Below are positions 12,501 through 22,900 of a stretch of DNA of 64,000 nt, one piece after another. The stretch comes from Narcine bancroftii (lineage: Eukaryota), in assembly GCF_036971445.1 (NCBI RefSeq), contig NC_091471.1, forward strand, positions 235,352,001 to 235,416,000, in the 5' to 3' direction. The notes under the pieces were generated by a model. That model searched no databases. It had not been told where the DNA came from and saw nothing but the letters and a program-made list of their open reading frames with translations. How positions within the stretch are numbered: the stretch's first letter is position 1; each line of letters opens with the position of its first letter. The translations under genes were made by a program, and so were the position numbers.

Positions 12501-15048
12501 GTGGGGATGGATCTGAAAGTTGAAGGAGGTGGGCATGAAGCTGAAGGTTGGAGGAGTTGTGCATGGTGCTGAAGGGTTGGAGGTATGGATGGAGCTGAAG
12601 TTTGGTTGAGATGGGGACGGAGCTGAATGTTGGGGGAGTTGTGGATGGAACTGAAGGATGGAGGAGGAGTGGATGGAGCTGAAGGTTGGAGGAGGTGGGG
12701 ATGGAGCTGAAGGTTGGAGGAGGTGAGGATGGAGCTGAAGGATAGAGGAGGTGGGGATGGAGCTGAAGGTTGAAGGAGGTGGGAATGGAGCTGAAGGTTG
12801 GAGGAAATGTGGATGGAGCTGAAGGTTGGAGGAGGTGGGGATGGAGCTGAAGGTTTTTGAAGTCATCAAGAGGATATCAACAGGATGCATAGTTGGCCGG
12901 AGAAGTGGGTGATCGAGCTCAGTCCGGGTAAGTGTGATGTGATGCATTTTGGAAGGACAAACTAAGAGGCTGAGTCCAGGGTTTAAAGTGTGAGTGAGCA
13001 GAGGGACCTTGGGTTCCAAATCCATACATTTCCCAACGTTGCTGTACTAATTTAAAAAGGCCTGTGGGACGTTGGGCTTCATTAATTGAGGTATTGAGTT
13101 GAGGTGCAGAGATGCCATGATGCAACTCTACCAATCTCTAGTGAGACCACACATGGAATATTGTGTTCTGTTCTGGGCACCTAATTTCAAGAAGTGTGGG
13201 GAAGCTGTGGAGAGGGAGCAAAGGAGATTCAACAGGATGGTACCTGGATTGCAAAACATGTCTAATTCAGCAAGGTTCGCGGAGCTGGGACTTTTCTCTT
13301 TGGAGCGTCGAAGGATGAGAGGAGACTGGTAGGCGTAGATGGGGTGACAGTCAGCACCTGTTTCCCACGGCAGGATGAGCAAACACCAGAGGACATCTGT
13401 ACAAAGTGAAGGGAGGGGAGTTCAGGGGATATGTCAGGGGAAGGTTTTTACACAGACAGTGGTGGGGGCCTGGAACATTGGGGACATTTAAGGGACTCTT
13501 AGACAGACTCATCAATAGAAGGAAAACAGAGGGTTATGGGATAGGGAGGGGTGAGTTCTTTTTTTTTGGAATATATTGGCTGGCACAACATGGAGGGGCA
13601 AAGGGCCTGAACTGTGTTGTCGTGTTCGATGTTAAATCCCCTCCCCCCTCACCTTCTCTTGCCGCATCTCAGCCCTGTACTCTGTGCTGCCCCCGCTATG
13701 CTCCTTGACACCCTCCAGGTCACAGAACAGGTCCAGATGGTATGGGGTCTCTCCGACGGGAGGGATATAGGGGCCCTGGGCGTCAACGTGCTCCGAGAGG
13801 CGTGCTCTCTTACGTAGGAATTCAGTCCTCGCCTGAATCAGAGGCACAGAGTTAGACACCCATCACACATTCCCAGGGTGGGACACAGAGTGAAGCTCCC
13901 TCTCCCCCTTCCCGTCACACACTCCCAGGGTGGGACACAGAGTGAAGCTCCCTCTCCCCGTCCCGTCACACACTCCCAGGTGGGACACAGAGTGAAGCTC
14001 CCTCTCCCCGTCCCGTCACACACTCCCAGGTGGGACACAGAGTGAAGCTCCCTTTCCCCGTCCCGTCACACACTCCCAGGTGGGACACAGAGTGAAGCTC
14101 CCTCTCCCCGTCCCGTCACACACTCCCAGGTGGGACACAGAGTGAAGCTCCCTCTTTCCCGTCCCGTCACACTCCTGGGGTGGGGCCACAGAATGAAGTC
14201 CTCTCTCCCCCACACACTCCCAGGGTGGGACACAGAGTGAAGCCCGCTCTCCACCACACACTCCCGGGGTGGGACACAGAGTGAAACCCCCTCTCCCCAA
14301 CACACTCCCGGGATGGGACACAGAGTGAAGCTCCCTCTCCCCCTTCCCGTCACACACTCCCAGGGTGAGACACAGAGTGAAGCTCCCTCTCCCCGTCCCG
14401 TCACACACTCCCAGGTGAGACACAGAGTGAAGCTCCCTCTTTCCCGTCCCGTCACACACTCCCAGGGTGGGACACAGAGTGAAGCTCCCTCTCCCCGTCC
14501 CGTCACACACTCCCAGGTGAGACACAGAGTGAAGCTCCCTCTTTCCCGTCCCGTCACACTCCTGGGGTGGGGCCACAGAATGAAGTCCTCTCTCCCCCAC
14601 ACACTCCCAGGGTGGGATACAGAGTGAAGCTCCCTCTTCCCCATCCCATCACACAGAGTGAAACCCCCTCTCCCCAACACACTCCCGGGATGGGACACAG
14701 AGTGAAGCTCCCTCTCCCCCGCGCTGTAGTGACACCTCTGGTCCTTCTCAGCAGACCTTAGCGCTGTGCTCAGCTGCTGTAGTAACATCTCCTGCCCTGT
14801 CGGTGGCGCTGTAACTGGATGTCGTGTGCTGTTGTAACAACTCCCGCCCTCTCCCATTGAACATGGCGCTGTTGCCCCGCCTCACGACACATGCGCCCTC
14901 CCCTTCTTGCTCCGACCTGCTGTTCGGCCAGTGCCGCTCTGCGTCCGGCATCCCGCCCGGCGGCAGCCGCCTGCTCCTCGTCCCGCCGCACCCGAGCCAC
15001 ATTCTCGCGTCCTCGGACATGCCAGCTCTTCTTCGGCAAGATGTTCAT
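2933..15048 (-). CDS. LENG1: LENG1, leukocyte receptor cluster member 1 homolog; join(14917..15048,13653..13832,2933..3574), about 317 aa
   Basis: Hallmark segments [72 protein letters not shown]; GT/AG sites with phase-0 introns; no frameshift. Confidence 0.95.
4050..5270 (+). mobile_element. CR1-type LINE ORF2 fragment
   Basis: [42 protein letters not shown]. Confidence 0.8.
5275..6975 (+). mobile_element. CR1-type LINE: ORF1 SGNH esterase-like region plus ORF2 AP endonuclease, decayed
   Basis: [21 protein letters not shown]; [36 protein letters not shown]. Confidence 0.82.
6980..12858. repeat. 28-bp tandem array (GGAGGAGGTGTGGATGGAGCTGAAGGTT)n, interrupted by an L1
   Basis: Direct periodicity visible at 6980-7860 and 10063-12858. 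Confidence 0.93.
7862..10062 (-). mobile_element. 5'-truncated L1-clade LINE (RT C-terminal half, Cys-rich domain, 3' UTR, poly-A) with 16-bp TSD
   Basis: [30 protein letters not shown]; TSD GGTGGAGCTGAAGGTT at 7846-7861 and 10063-10078. Confidence 0.95.
12859..13630 (+). mobile_element. CR1-type LINE 3' end
   Basis: [43 protein letters not shown] and CR1 3' UTR. Confidence 0.85.
13653..13832 (-). CDS. LENG1: LENG1 coding exon 2 (60 aa)
   Basis: ttcag|[11 protein letters not shown]...LDLF...[10 protein letters not shown]|gtgagg. Confidence 0.93.
13845..14725. repeat. About 50-bp minisatellite (GGTGGGACACAGAGTGAAGCTCCCTCTCCCCGTCCCGTCACACACTCCCA) filling LENG1 intron 1
   Basis: Tandem units with a 50-51 bp period; same family at 32190, 51140 and 52280. 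Confidence 0.92.
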
Positions 15049-15260
15049 GGCGGCGGCCTGCTGCACCTCCCGGATATGCTCCGCGATCCACGTGATCTCC
15101 GCCCACCAATCCGTAGCAACATCTTGAACCAACCCCGCCACGCAGCTTCCGTCCGCTTGAAGCCACAGCGCCCCCACCTGGCGGTAAAGTGTTTGGTGCC
15201 CGGAATACAGCGTCCCCCGGCGTTTGGAGGGACATAACAGTGGAACCCGGCATCCCCCTG
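14790..15260. promoter_or_regulatory. CpG-island promoter of LENG1
   Basis: Local CpG density around the start codon; YY1-like ATGGCG, CCAAT and CACGTG motifs. Confidence 0.65.
14917..15048 (-). CDS. LENG1: LENG1 coding exon 1 (44 aa)
   Basis: GCCGCCATG Kozak start; [26 protein letters not shown]...AEQQ then GTCGGA donor. Confidence 0.93.
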
Positions 15261-15279
15261 TGGCCTGAAGGTCTATTGG

Positions 15280-15980
15280 CAAGGGACTGCAGCACTCCCT
15301 CCGTGCCCCGGAGGACCACTGGCAGGGCACTACAAGGCCCCAATGCTCGGAGGACCAGTGACCAGGGCTCCCCATCTGGTCTGCAGCGCCCCCTGTGTTC
15401 CAGAAGTCTGGTAACCAGGCCTCCCAGCTGGACTGCAGCGCCCCCTGTGTTCCGGAGGTCCGGTGACTGGGGCTCCCAACGGGGAGAACCAGTTACCAGG
15501 GCTCCCCATCTGGACTGCAGCATCCACTATGTTCCAGAGGATCAGTGACCAGGGCTCCCAGCAGGACTGGAGCACCCCCTGTGTTCCGGAGGACCAGTTA
15601 CCAGGGCTCCCCATTTGGACTGAAGCGCCCCCTGTGTTCTGGAGGACCGATGACCGGGGCTCCCCATCTGGACTGTAGTGCCCCATGTGTTCTGGAGGGC
15701 CGGAGAGCAGGGCACTCAGTAGAACTGCAGCGTTCCCTGTGTTCCAAAGGACCAGTGACCAAGGCTCCCAGCAGGACTGCAGCGCCCCTGTGTTCCAGTG
15801 AGCAGGGATCCCATCAGGACTGCAGCGCTCCCTGTGTTCCAGAGGTCTGGCGACCAGTGCTACCAGCAGGTCTGCAGCATCCCCTGTGTTCCGGAGGACC
15901 AGTGACCAGGGCTCACCATTGGGACTACAGCATCTCCTGTGTTCCAGAGGGCTGATTACTGGGGCTCCTGTCTGGATTCC
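15280..15980. repeat. About 52-bp degenerate minisatellite upstream of LENG1
   Basis: Recurrent GGACCAGTGACCAGGGCTCCC...GGACTGCAGCGCCCCCTGTGTTCC. Confidence 0.85.
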
Positions 15981-16020
15981 CTTCCGATATAAAAGTTTCT
16001 TCAACCTTGAGGGGATATGT

Positions 16021-16200
16021 TTGGCGTAGTGGTCCGTGCAACGCTATATCACGTCAGCAATCGGCAGTGAGGTTCGAATCCCATGCTGTCTGTAAGGAGT
16101 TTGCACCTTTTTCCTGAGTCTGTGTTGGTTTCCTCCCACCATTCGATATGTACTGGGGGTGTTGGTCAACTGGGAGTAAATTGGGTGTATATTTAAATTT
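16021..16200 (+). mobile_element. tRNA-derived SINE (V-SINE-like)
   Basis: A box TGGCGTAGTGG, B box GGTTCGAATCC, then GTCTGTAAGGAGTTTG..GTTTCCTCCC core. Confidence 0.7.
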
Positions 16201-16215
16201 GCCTTACATACATTC

Positions 16216-16809
16216 TCTACCGGCACCACCTACGGCTCCTAGAACGCTTCCACCAGCGTTGTCTCCGCTCCATCCTCAACATCCATTGGAGCGCTTACAT
16301 CCCTAACGTCGAAGTACTCGAGATGGCAGAGGTCGACAGCATCGAGTCCACGCTGCTGAAGATCCAGCTGCGCTGGATGGGTCACGTCTCCAGAATGGAG
16401 GACCATCGCCTTCCCAAGATCGTGTTATATGGCGAGCTCTCCACTGGCCACCGTGACAGAGGTGCACCAAAGAAAAGGTACAAGGACTGCCTAAAGCAAT
16501 CTCTTGGTGCCTGCCACATTGACCACCGCCAGTGGGCTGATAACGCCTCAAACCGTGCATCTTGGCACCTCACAGTTTGGCGGGCAGCAACCTCCTTTGA
16601 AGAAGACCGCAGAGCCCACCTCACTGACAAAAGGCAAAGGAAGAAAAACCCAACACCCAACCCCAACCAACCAATTTTCCCCTGCAACCGCTGCAATCGT
16701 GTCTGCCTGTCCCGCATCGGACTTGTCAGCCACAAACGAGCCTGCAGCTGACGTGGACTTTTTACCCCCTCCATAAATCTTCGTCCGCGAAGCCAAGCCA
16801 AAGAAAAGA
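16216..16809 (+). mobile_element. 5'-truncated RTE-clade LINE with 10-bp TSD
   Basis: QLRWMGHVSRMEDHRLPKIVLYGEL..RGAPKKRYKD, terminal CNRC..SRIGLVSHKR; TSD ACATACATTC at 16206-16215 and 16810-16819. Confidence 0.9.
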
Positions 16810-16819
16810 ACATACATTC

Positions 16820-18220
16820 ACTAAGGTTGCCTCCACTGCTTCAACGGGCAGCAATTTCTCCGTCCTGGATCTACTCCCCTGAATCTTGAAGCTACGCCCC
16901 CTAGTTCTAGTCTCCCCCACCAATGGCAACAATGTTCCTATCTCCATCTTATCTATAAAATTTCATAATTTTGATGTTTCTCAGATCCCCTGTCATTCTT
17001 CTAAATTCCAGTGAGTCCTGTCCCAGACGACTCAATTCTCCGCCTAGACCAACCCCCTCATCCTTGGAATCAACCTGGTGAACCCCCTTTGCACCGCTTC
17101 CAGAGCCAGTACATCCTTCCTCAAGTGAGAAGACCAGACCTGCACCCAGTTCTCTCGATGTGGCCTCACCAGTACCTGGTACAGTTGTAGCAGGACCTCC
17201 CTGCTCCTAAATTCTATCCCTCCGGCAATGAAGGCCAGTGTCCCATCTACCTTCTTGACAGCCCGCTGCACCTGCAAACCAACCTTTTGCAATTCCCAGG
17301 TCCTTCTGCGTGGCAGCCTGCTGCAATCACTTTCCATTTAGATAGTCATCTGATCGCCCATGTTTCTTTCCAAAGAGGATCACCTCACATTTACCAACAC
17401 TCTGCCCTCACATTCTGATTCCCACCCCCCCTGCCAAACTAGTTTAAACCCTCCCCAACAGCTCGAGCAAACCTGCCCACCAAGACATTGGTCCTTCTTC
17501 AGGTACAGCCTGTCCTTTTTGTACAGGTCAGACCTTCCCCAGAAGAGATTCCAATGATACACAAATCTGCACCCCTGCCCCAACTCTCCAGCCACAACTT
17601 CCTATTCCTACCCTTACATACAGCAATCCCAAGATTACCACCCTTGAGTTTCCTTCCTAACTCCCTATATTCCCTCATCAGGACCTCCCTCATCCTTACT
17701 TCTATCTATGTCATTGGTCCCCACGTGGACCACAACATCTGGCTACTCTCCCTCGCCCTCTAGAATGATATGAACGCGATCAATGTCTCTGATCCTGGCA
17801 CCTGGGAGCCTCACTCTCTCATCAAACCTCCTATATGGTCTCTTAACCAATAAGTCACCAGTTACCATCACTCTCCTCTTCTCCCCCTTTCCCTTCTGAG
17901 CCTCTGCGCCAGACTTGTCCCTGGTAGATCGTCCCCCCAACAGTATCTGAAACGATTTACTTGTCAAGGGAAACGACCAAGTCTGCACTGTCTGCCTCTT
18001 CCTCTTCCCCTTCCCTCGCCTGACAGTCACCTAGTTGCCTGTCTCCTACCTCCCTGAAACACTACCTCTGCCACCCTCAAGATCCAGAGTTCACCAAGTT
18101 CCAGCTCCCTAACGCGGTTTGTGAGGAACTGCAGATGGAGGCACCCTTTCTGCAGGCGTTGTCACCAGGAACAAACCTGCTGTCCCTGACTTCCCGCATC
18201 CTATAACCTGAGCACTGGAC
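16820..18220 (-). mobile_element. CR1-type LINE fragments (RT 3' part and ORF1 esterase)
   Basis: LYQVLVRPH..VQVWS; GDLLV, LPGARIRD, YRELGRKLK, HWNLFWGRSDLYKKD. Confidence 0.78.
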
Positions 18221-18239
18221 TGCCCTGACCACTGCCTCC

Positions 18240-18540
18240 AGAGCAGGGTCAGCAGACACCAGAGGACGTCTGTACAAAGTGAAGGGAGGGGAGTCGTCAG
18301 GGGAAGGTTTTTTTTTTTACACAGAGAGTGGTGGGGGCCTGGAACGCCTGGCCAGGGGTGGTGGTGGAGGCTGGAACATTGGGGGCATTTCAGCGACTCT
18401 TAGATGGACACATGGATGGAAGGAAAACAGAGGGTTACGGGGTAAGGAGTGGTTAGTTTTTTTTTTAAGAAGGAATATACAGGTCGGCACAACATCAAGG
18501 GCTGAAGGGCCTGGACTATGCTGTCATGTTCTCCATCTGC
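18240..18540 (+). mobile_element. CR1 3' end fragment
   Basis: Matches 13375-13630. Confidence 0.7.
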
Positions 18541-19567
18541 TAGACCCTCGCCCACTCACTGAACCGATCTCCGTCCCTCTGCAGACTCTGCACAATGAAG
18601 TTTCATTGAGAGACATCCCTGAAATCTAAGCACAAGATTTGTTTTACAAAATGGATGGTTGGTGCTTTTAAAAGAAAACTTGATTAGGTGCCACAATGCA
18701 AATGGTATGGGCTGAACCACAGGGTCTCAGTTCCCCTGCTCCCTTGGAGTCTGCAGCCCCTCGTGGCCACTGCCGATCACCGGCACCGCCATCTGGGGCA
18801 GAGATTCCCATGGGCCGCGTGAAGCCTGTACAGAGCTGATGGCAGTCAGACCCCATAGGGGAGTGCTATGTCTCAGGGTCACAAGACTCGAAGCAACAGG
18901 TTTGGGAACAGCTGCCACCCCTCCACCATCAGACCCCCCCAATCACAAACTCAATCGGGGACTCAATTTGCACCTTAGTTGTGACAGAATTTTTAATTTT
19001 TCTGTATTTGCCCAGTTTGTTCACTGTTCTCTCCTTCAGTTTACAGACCGGTAGAAATTCGGCCCGGCCTGCAGGAAAACCTCAGGTTTGTATGTGATCT
19101 CGTTTATATTCTCTGACAATAACTAGTCCTCTCTGACCCTCTCTGCCTCCCCACCCTTCTTTCTCTTCACACCCTCATCCACACCTCTGTCTCCCTCTCT
19201 CCGTCCCTACCTTCATCCCCCTCTCCCTTTCTCTGTCCCTCCCCCTCTCTCCCCATCTCTCTCTTCCCCCTCCCCTCTCCATCTCTCTCCCTCCCCCTCT
19301 CTCTCTCTATCTCCCTCTCCCCCTTTCCCCTCCTTCCTCTCTCTCCCCCTCTTCTCTCTTCATCTCTCTCCCTTCCTCTCCCCCTCCTCTCTCTTCGTCT
19401 CTCTCCCTTCCCCCCCTCTCCCCGTCTTTCCCCCTTTTCCCTTCTCTCTCCCTTTCTCCCCCACTATCTCTCTCTCTCTCTCTCTCCCCCTTCCCTCTCT
19501 CCTCCATCTCTGCACCTTGTCCATCCCCTCCCCTGGGCACCAAAAGGTCCTGATGTCCCTCCAGTCC

Positions 19568-19980
19568 TTAGGATTCCGCAGGGTCTTGCTGATCCTCCAT
19601 TTCCTCTAAGGCCTCAGCAGAGTCCCCCTGCCCATCACCCTCCAGAGGCTCCGCAGGGTCCTGCTGCCCCTCCCGAGACTTCTCTGCGCCCTTCCTCTCA
19701 TCCTGGCCTGTGGCTGCTCCCTTCGAGCCCATCCCCACCTCCCCCTCCAGGCCTGTCCCCTCTGCCCCCCTCATGTCCTTGGGCAGCCGGAGGCGCCCTC
19801 GCTTGGCGTAGTGCTGGATCCGCGCCTCCAGGGCCTCGCACGTCTGCCTCTCCATCAGCCGCTTGTACCTCTTTGGGTGGACCCCCTCCTGGAGGGCAGC
19901 AGGCAGGTTGGCCACCGGCTCCTGGCTCCGGCCCCACACCGTCAGAGCACACTGCTCCTCCTCCTCCGCGGCCTCCTCCT
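19568..19980 (-). CDS. PUS3: PUS3 terminal coding exon
   Basis: cacag|EEEAA...EGVHPKRYKRLMERQTCEALEARIQHYAKRGRL...*; phase matches exon 3. Confidence 0.88.
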
Positions 19981-22900
19981 CTGTGGGGAACGCAAGCACA
20001 GGGACGTCAGGGGTGAGGGGCCCTACAAGTCCTACCTCTCCCTCCTCAATGCACCTCCCTGTCCACTCCCCTCAACCACCCTTGCACCATCCTGCGCAGA
20101 AAAAAAATCCCCCTCCCCTTCAGTGAGGGAGCCTCCTCCTGCTTGGAGTGGATTGAACAACAAAGGAGAGGCCCTTTGTCCACAGTGTTGTGCTAGCCCC
20201 TGCACACCAACTCCACAACTCTAAATCCCCCTCACAGAACCCCCTCCTTCCCAGAACCCCCTTCCTCCTTCACAAAAACCTCCTACTCAACAATCTAACC
20301 TCTCCCTCCCTATCCTGTAACCCTCTGCTTTCCTTCCATCCATGAGTCAGTCTAAGAGTTCCTTAAATACCCCCAATGTTCCAGCCCCCACCACCTCCAC
20401 TGGCCAGGTGTTCCAGGCCCCCACCACTCTCTGTGTAAAAACCTTCCCCTGATGTATCCCCTCCCTCCACTTTGTACAGTCGTCCTCTGGTGTTTGCTCA
20501 TCCTGCCCTGGGAAACAGGCGCTGACCGTCCACCCTGTCTACGCTTATCAATCTCCTCTCATCCTTCTACACCCCAAAGAGAAAAGTCCCAGCTCTGCAA
20601 ACCTTCCCTCATTGGACATGTTTTCCAATCCAGGCACCATCCTGGTGAATCTCCTCTGCCCCCTCTCCACAGCTTCCCCATCCTTCCTGTAATGAGGTGA
20701 CCAGAACTGAACACAATATTCCACGTGTGGTCTCACCAGAGGTTTGTAGAGTTGCAACATGACCTCTCTACTCCTCAATTCAATCCCCCTATTAATGAAG
20801 TCCAGTGTCCCACAGGCCTTCTCAACTCTCCTATCAATCTGTGCAGCGACCTTGGGGGATGTATGGATCCACACTCTTAAGTAATCGACCATGTTACTTC
20901 ACTCAACTCTCCCCACCATTCACCATGTTCCATCCTGGTACCCTGTGATTCCATCTCTGACAATGGCCACTGTTCACCATGTCCCACCCTGGTAACCGAG
21001 ATCCGTCCGTCTCTGACACTGCCCACCGTTCACCGTGTCCCATGCTGGTACCCCGAGATCAGTCCGTCTCTGACACTCCCCACCGTTCACCGTGTCTCAT
21101 CCTGGTACCCTGAGATCAGTCCATCTCTGACACTCTCCACCGTTCACCATGTCCCATCCTGGTACCCGAGATCCGTCCGTCTCTGACACTGCCCACCATT
21201 CACCATGTTCCACCCTGATACCTCAAGATCTGTCTGTCTCTAACATTGCCCACCATTCACCATGTCCCATCCTGGTACCCCGAGATCCGTCCGTCTCTGA
21301 CACTGCCCACCGTTCACCGTGTCCCATGCTGGTACCCCGAGATCAGTCCGTCTCTGACACTCCCCACCGTTCACCGTGTCTCATCCTGGTACCCTGAGAT
21401 TAGTCCATCTCTGACACTCCCCACCGTTCACCATGTCCCACCCTGGTACCCGAGATCCGTCCATCTCTGACACTGCCCACCATTCACCATGTTCCACCCT
21501 GGTACCTCAAGATCTGTCTGTCTCTAACACTGCCCACCATTCACCATGTACCATCCTGGTACCCCAAGATCAGTCCGTCTCTGACACTGCCCACCGTTCA
21601 CCATGTCTCATCCTGGTACCCTGAGATCAGTCCATCTCTGACACTCCCCACCGTTCATCATATCCCATCCTGGTACCCCAAGATCTGTCCGTCTCTGACA
21701 CTCTCCAATGTTCACTATGTCCCACCCTCATACCCCGAGCTCCCTCCATCCATCCCCAGTCTTCACTGTACCCGCGATCCGTCCCTCTAACACTCCCCAC
21801 CATTTACCGTGTCCCAGCCTTGTACCCTGAGCTCTCTCCATCCATCCCCATTCCCCACTGTTCAGTGTTCCAGCCTCATCCCCTTGAGTTCCCTCCATCC
21901 CTTGACATTCCCCCCATTCACCGTGTACCACTCTCATACCTTGAGATCCCTCCCCTGCGTCCATCCCTACCATTTGCCATGTCCCACCCTTTGTAACCTG
22001 AGCTCTTGCTGCCCTTCGAAACTCCCCACAGCTCACCCTGTACCACCCTAGAGATTGGAGGGTAACCTCCCTCTCCACCCCAGACCCCTACCTGGAGCCA
22101 GCGGAGTTGGTGGGTGCCCCATTCCGGTGAGCATGGAGTACAAGATCCGGGTTTTGATGGCCTGGCAGGCCCACTGCTCCTGGAGGTGGGCCAGGTTGAA
22201 GGCGTGTACCTCTGGGTCAAAGATCCACTCCAGGTTTTCGTAGGCGCAGTCGTAGAGGATGAGTGGGGTAGTCGACTGCCATGCTGTGGGGGAGGGGGGG
22301 TTCACGTCAGAGCTGAGCTAATAGGATCACAGATCAGGAGAGGGCAAAAGTCTGGGGTCAGAAGAACAGAGGGCCAGAGGTCAGCAAGGGGCAAAACGGG
22401 TCAGATGTCAGGGGTCGGTGGGGCCAGATAGGGGAGGGGTCAGAGGGTAATTCCAGAGATCAGACAACAGGATCAGAGGTTAGGAGGGGGACATGGGTCA
22501 GAAAAGGAAGGAATCAGATGTCAGGAGGGGACAGGTGTCAGATAATCAGGGTTCAGAGATCAGGAGGGGGAACAGCAGAGAGGTCAGGGGTGGGAGTCAG
22601 AGGTCGGGAAAGGAAGGGTTCAAGTGGGAACGGTTCAAGGTCAGGAAGAGTCCGGAGCGAGGTCAGGGGGAGGGGGTCAGAGGCCTGGAGGGCTCAGAAG
22701 CCAGGAGGGACTGTGTGGGAGGTCAGGGGCTAGGAAGGGAACAGTGGGAAGGGTTCAAGCCTCACCTGTACTGGGGCTTGCAGGGGTTGCTGTCCACGTC
22801 CAGCAGCCGGCTTACCACCTTGGGCTCCTCCAGGCCCCGGCCGACGAGGAGAAGCACAGCAGCCATGCAGCGCACCTGGTGGTACAGGAAGGCCCGGGCC

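Noticed and set aside
6885-13025. Long PSAPST/LQLHPH ORFs
   Set aside because: Translations of the 28-bp satellite with no gene structure.
13845-14725. CRISPR-like regular repeats, also at 20915 and 35965
   Set aside because: Head-to-tail minisatellites with no unique spacers, no cas genes and a eukaryotic context.
16021-16095. tRNA gene
   Set aside because: A and B boxes are present but no convincing cloverleaf, and it continues into a SINE body.
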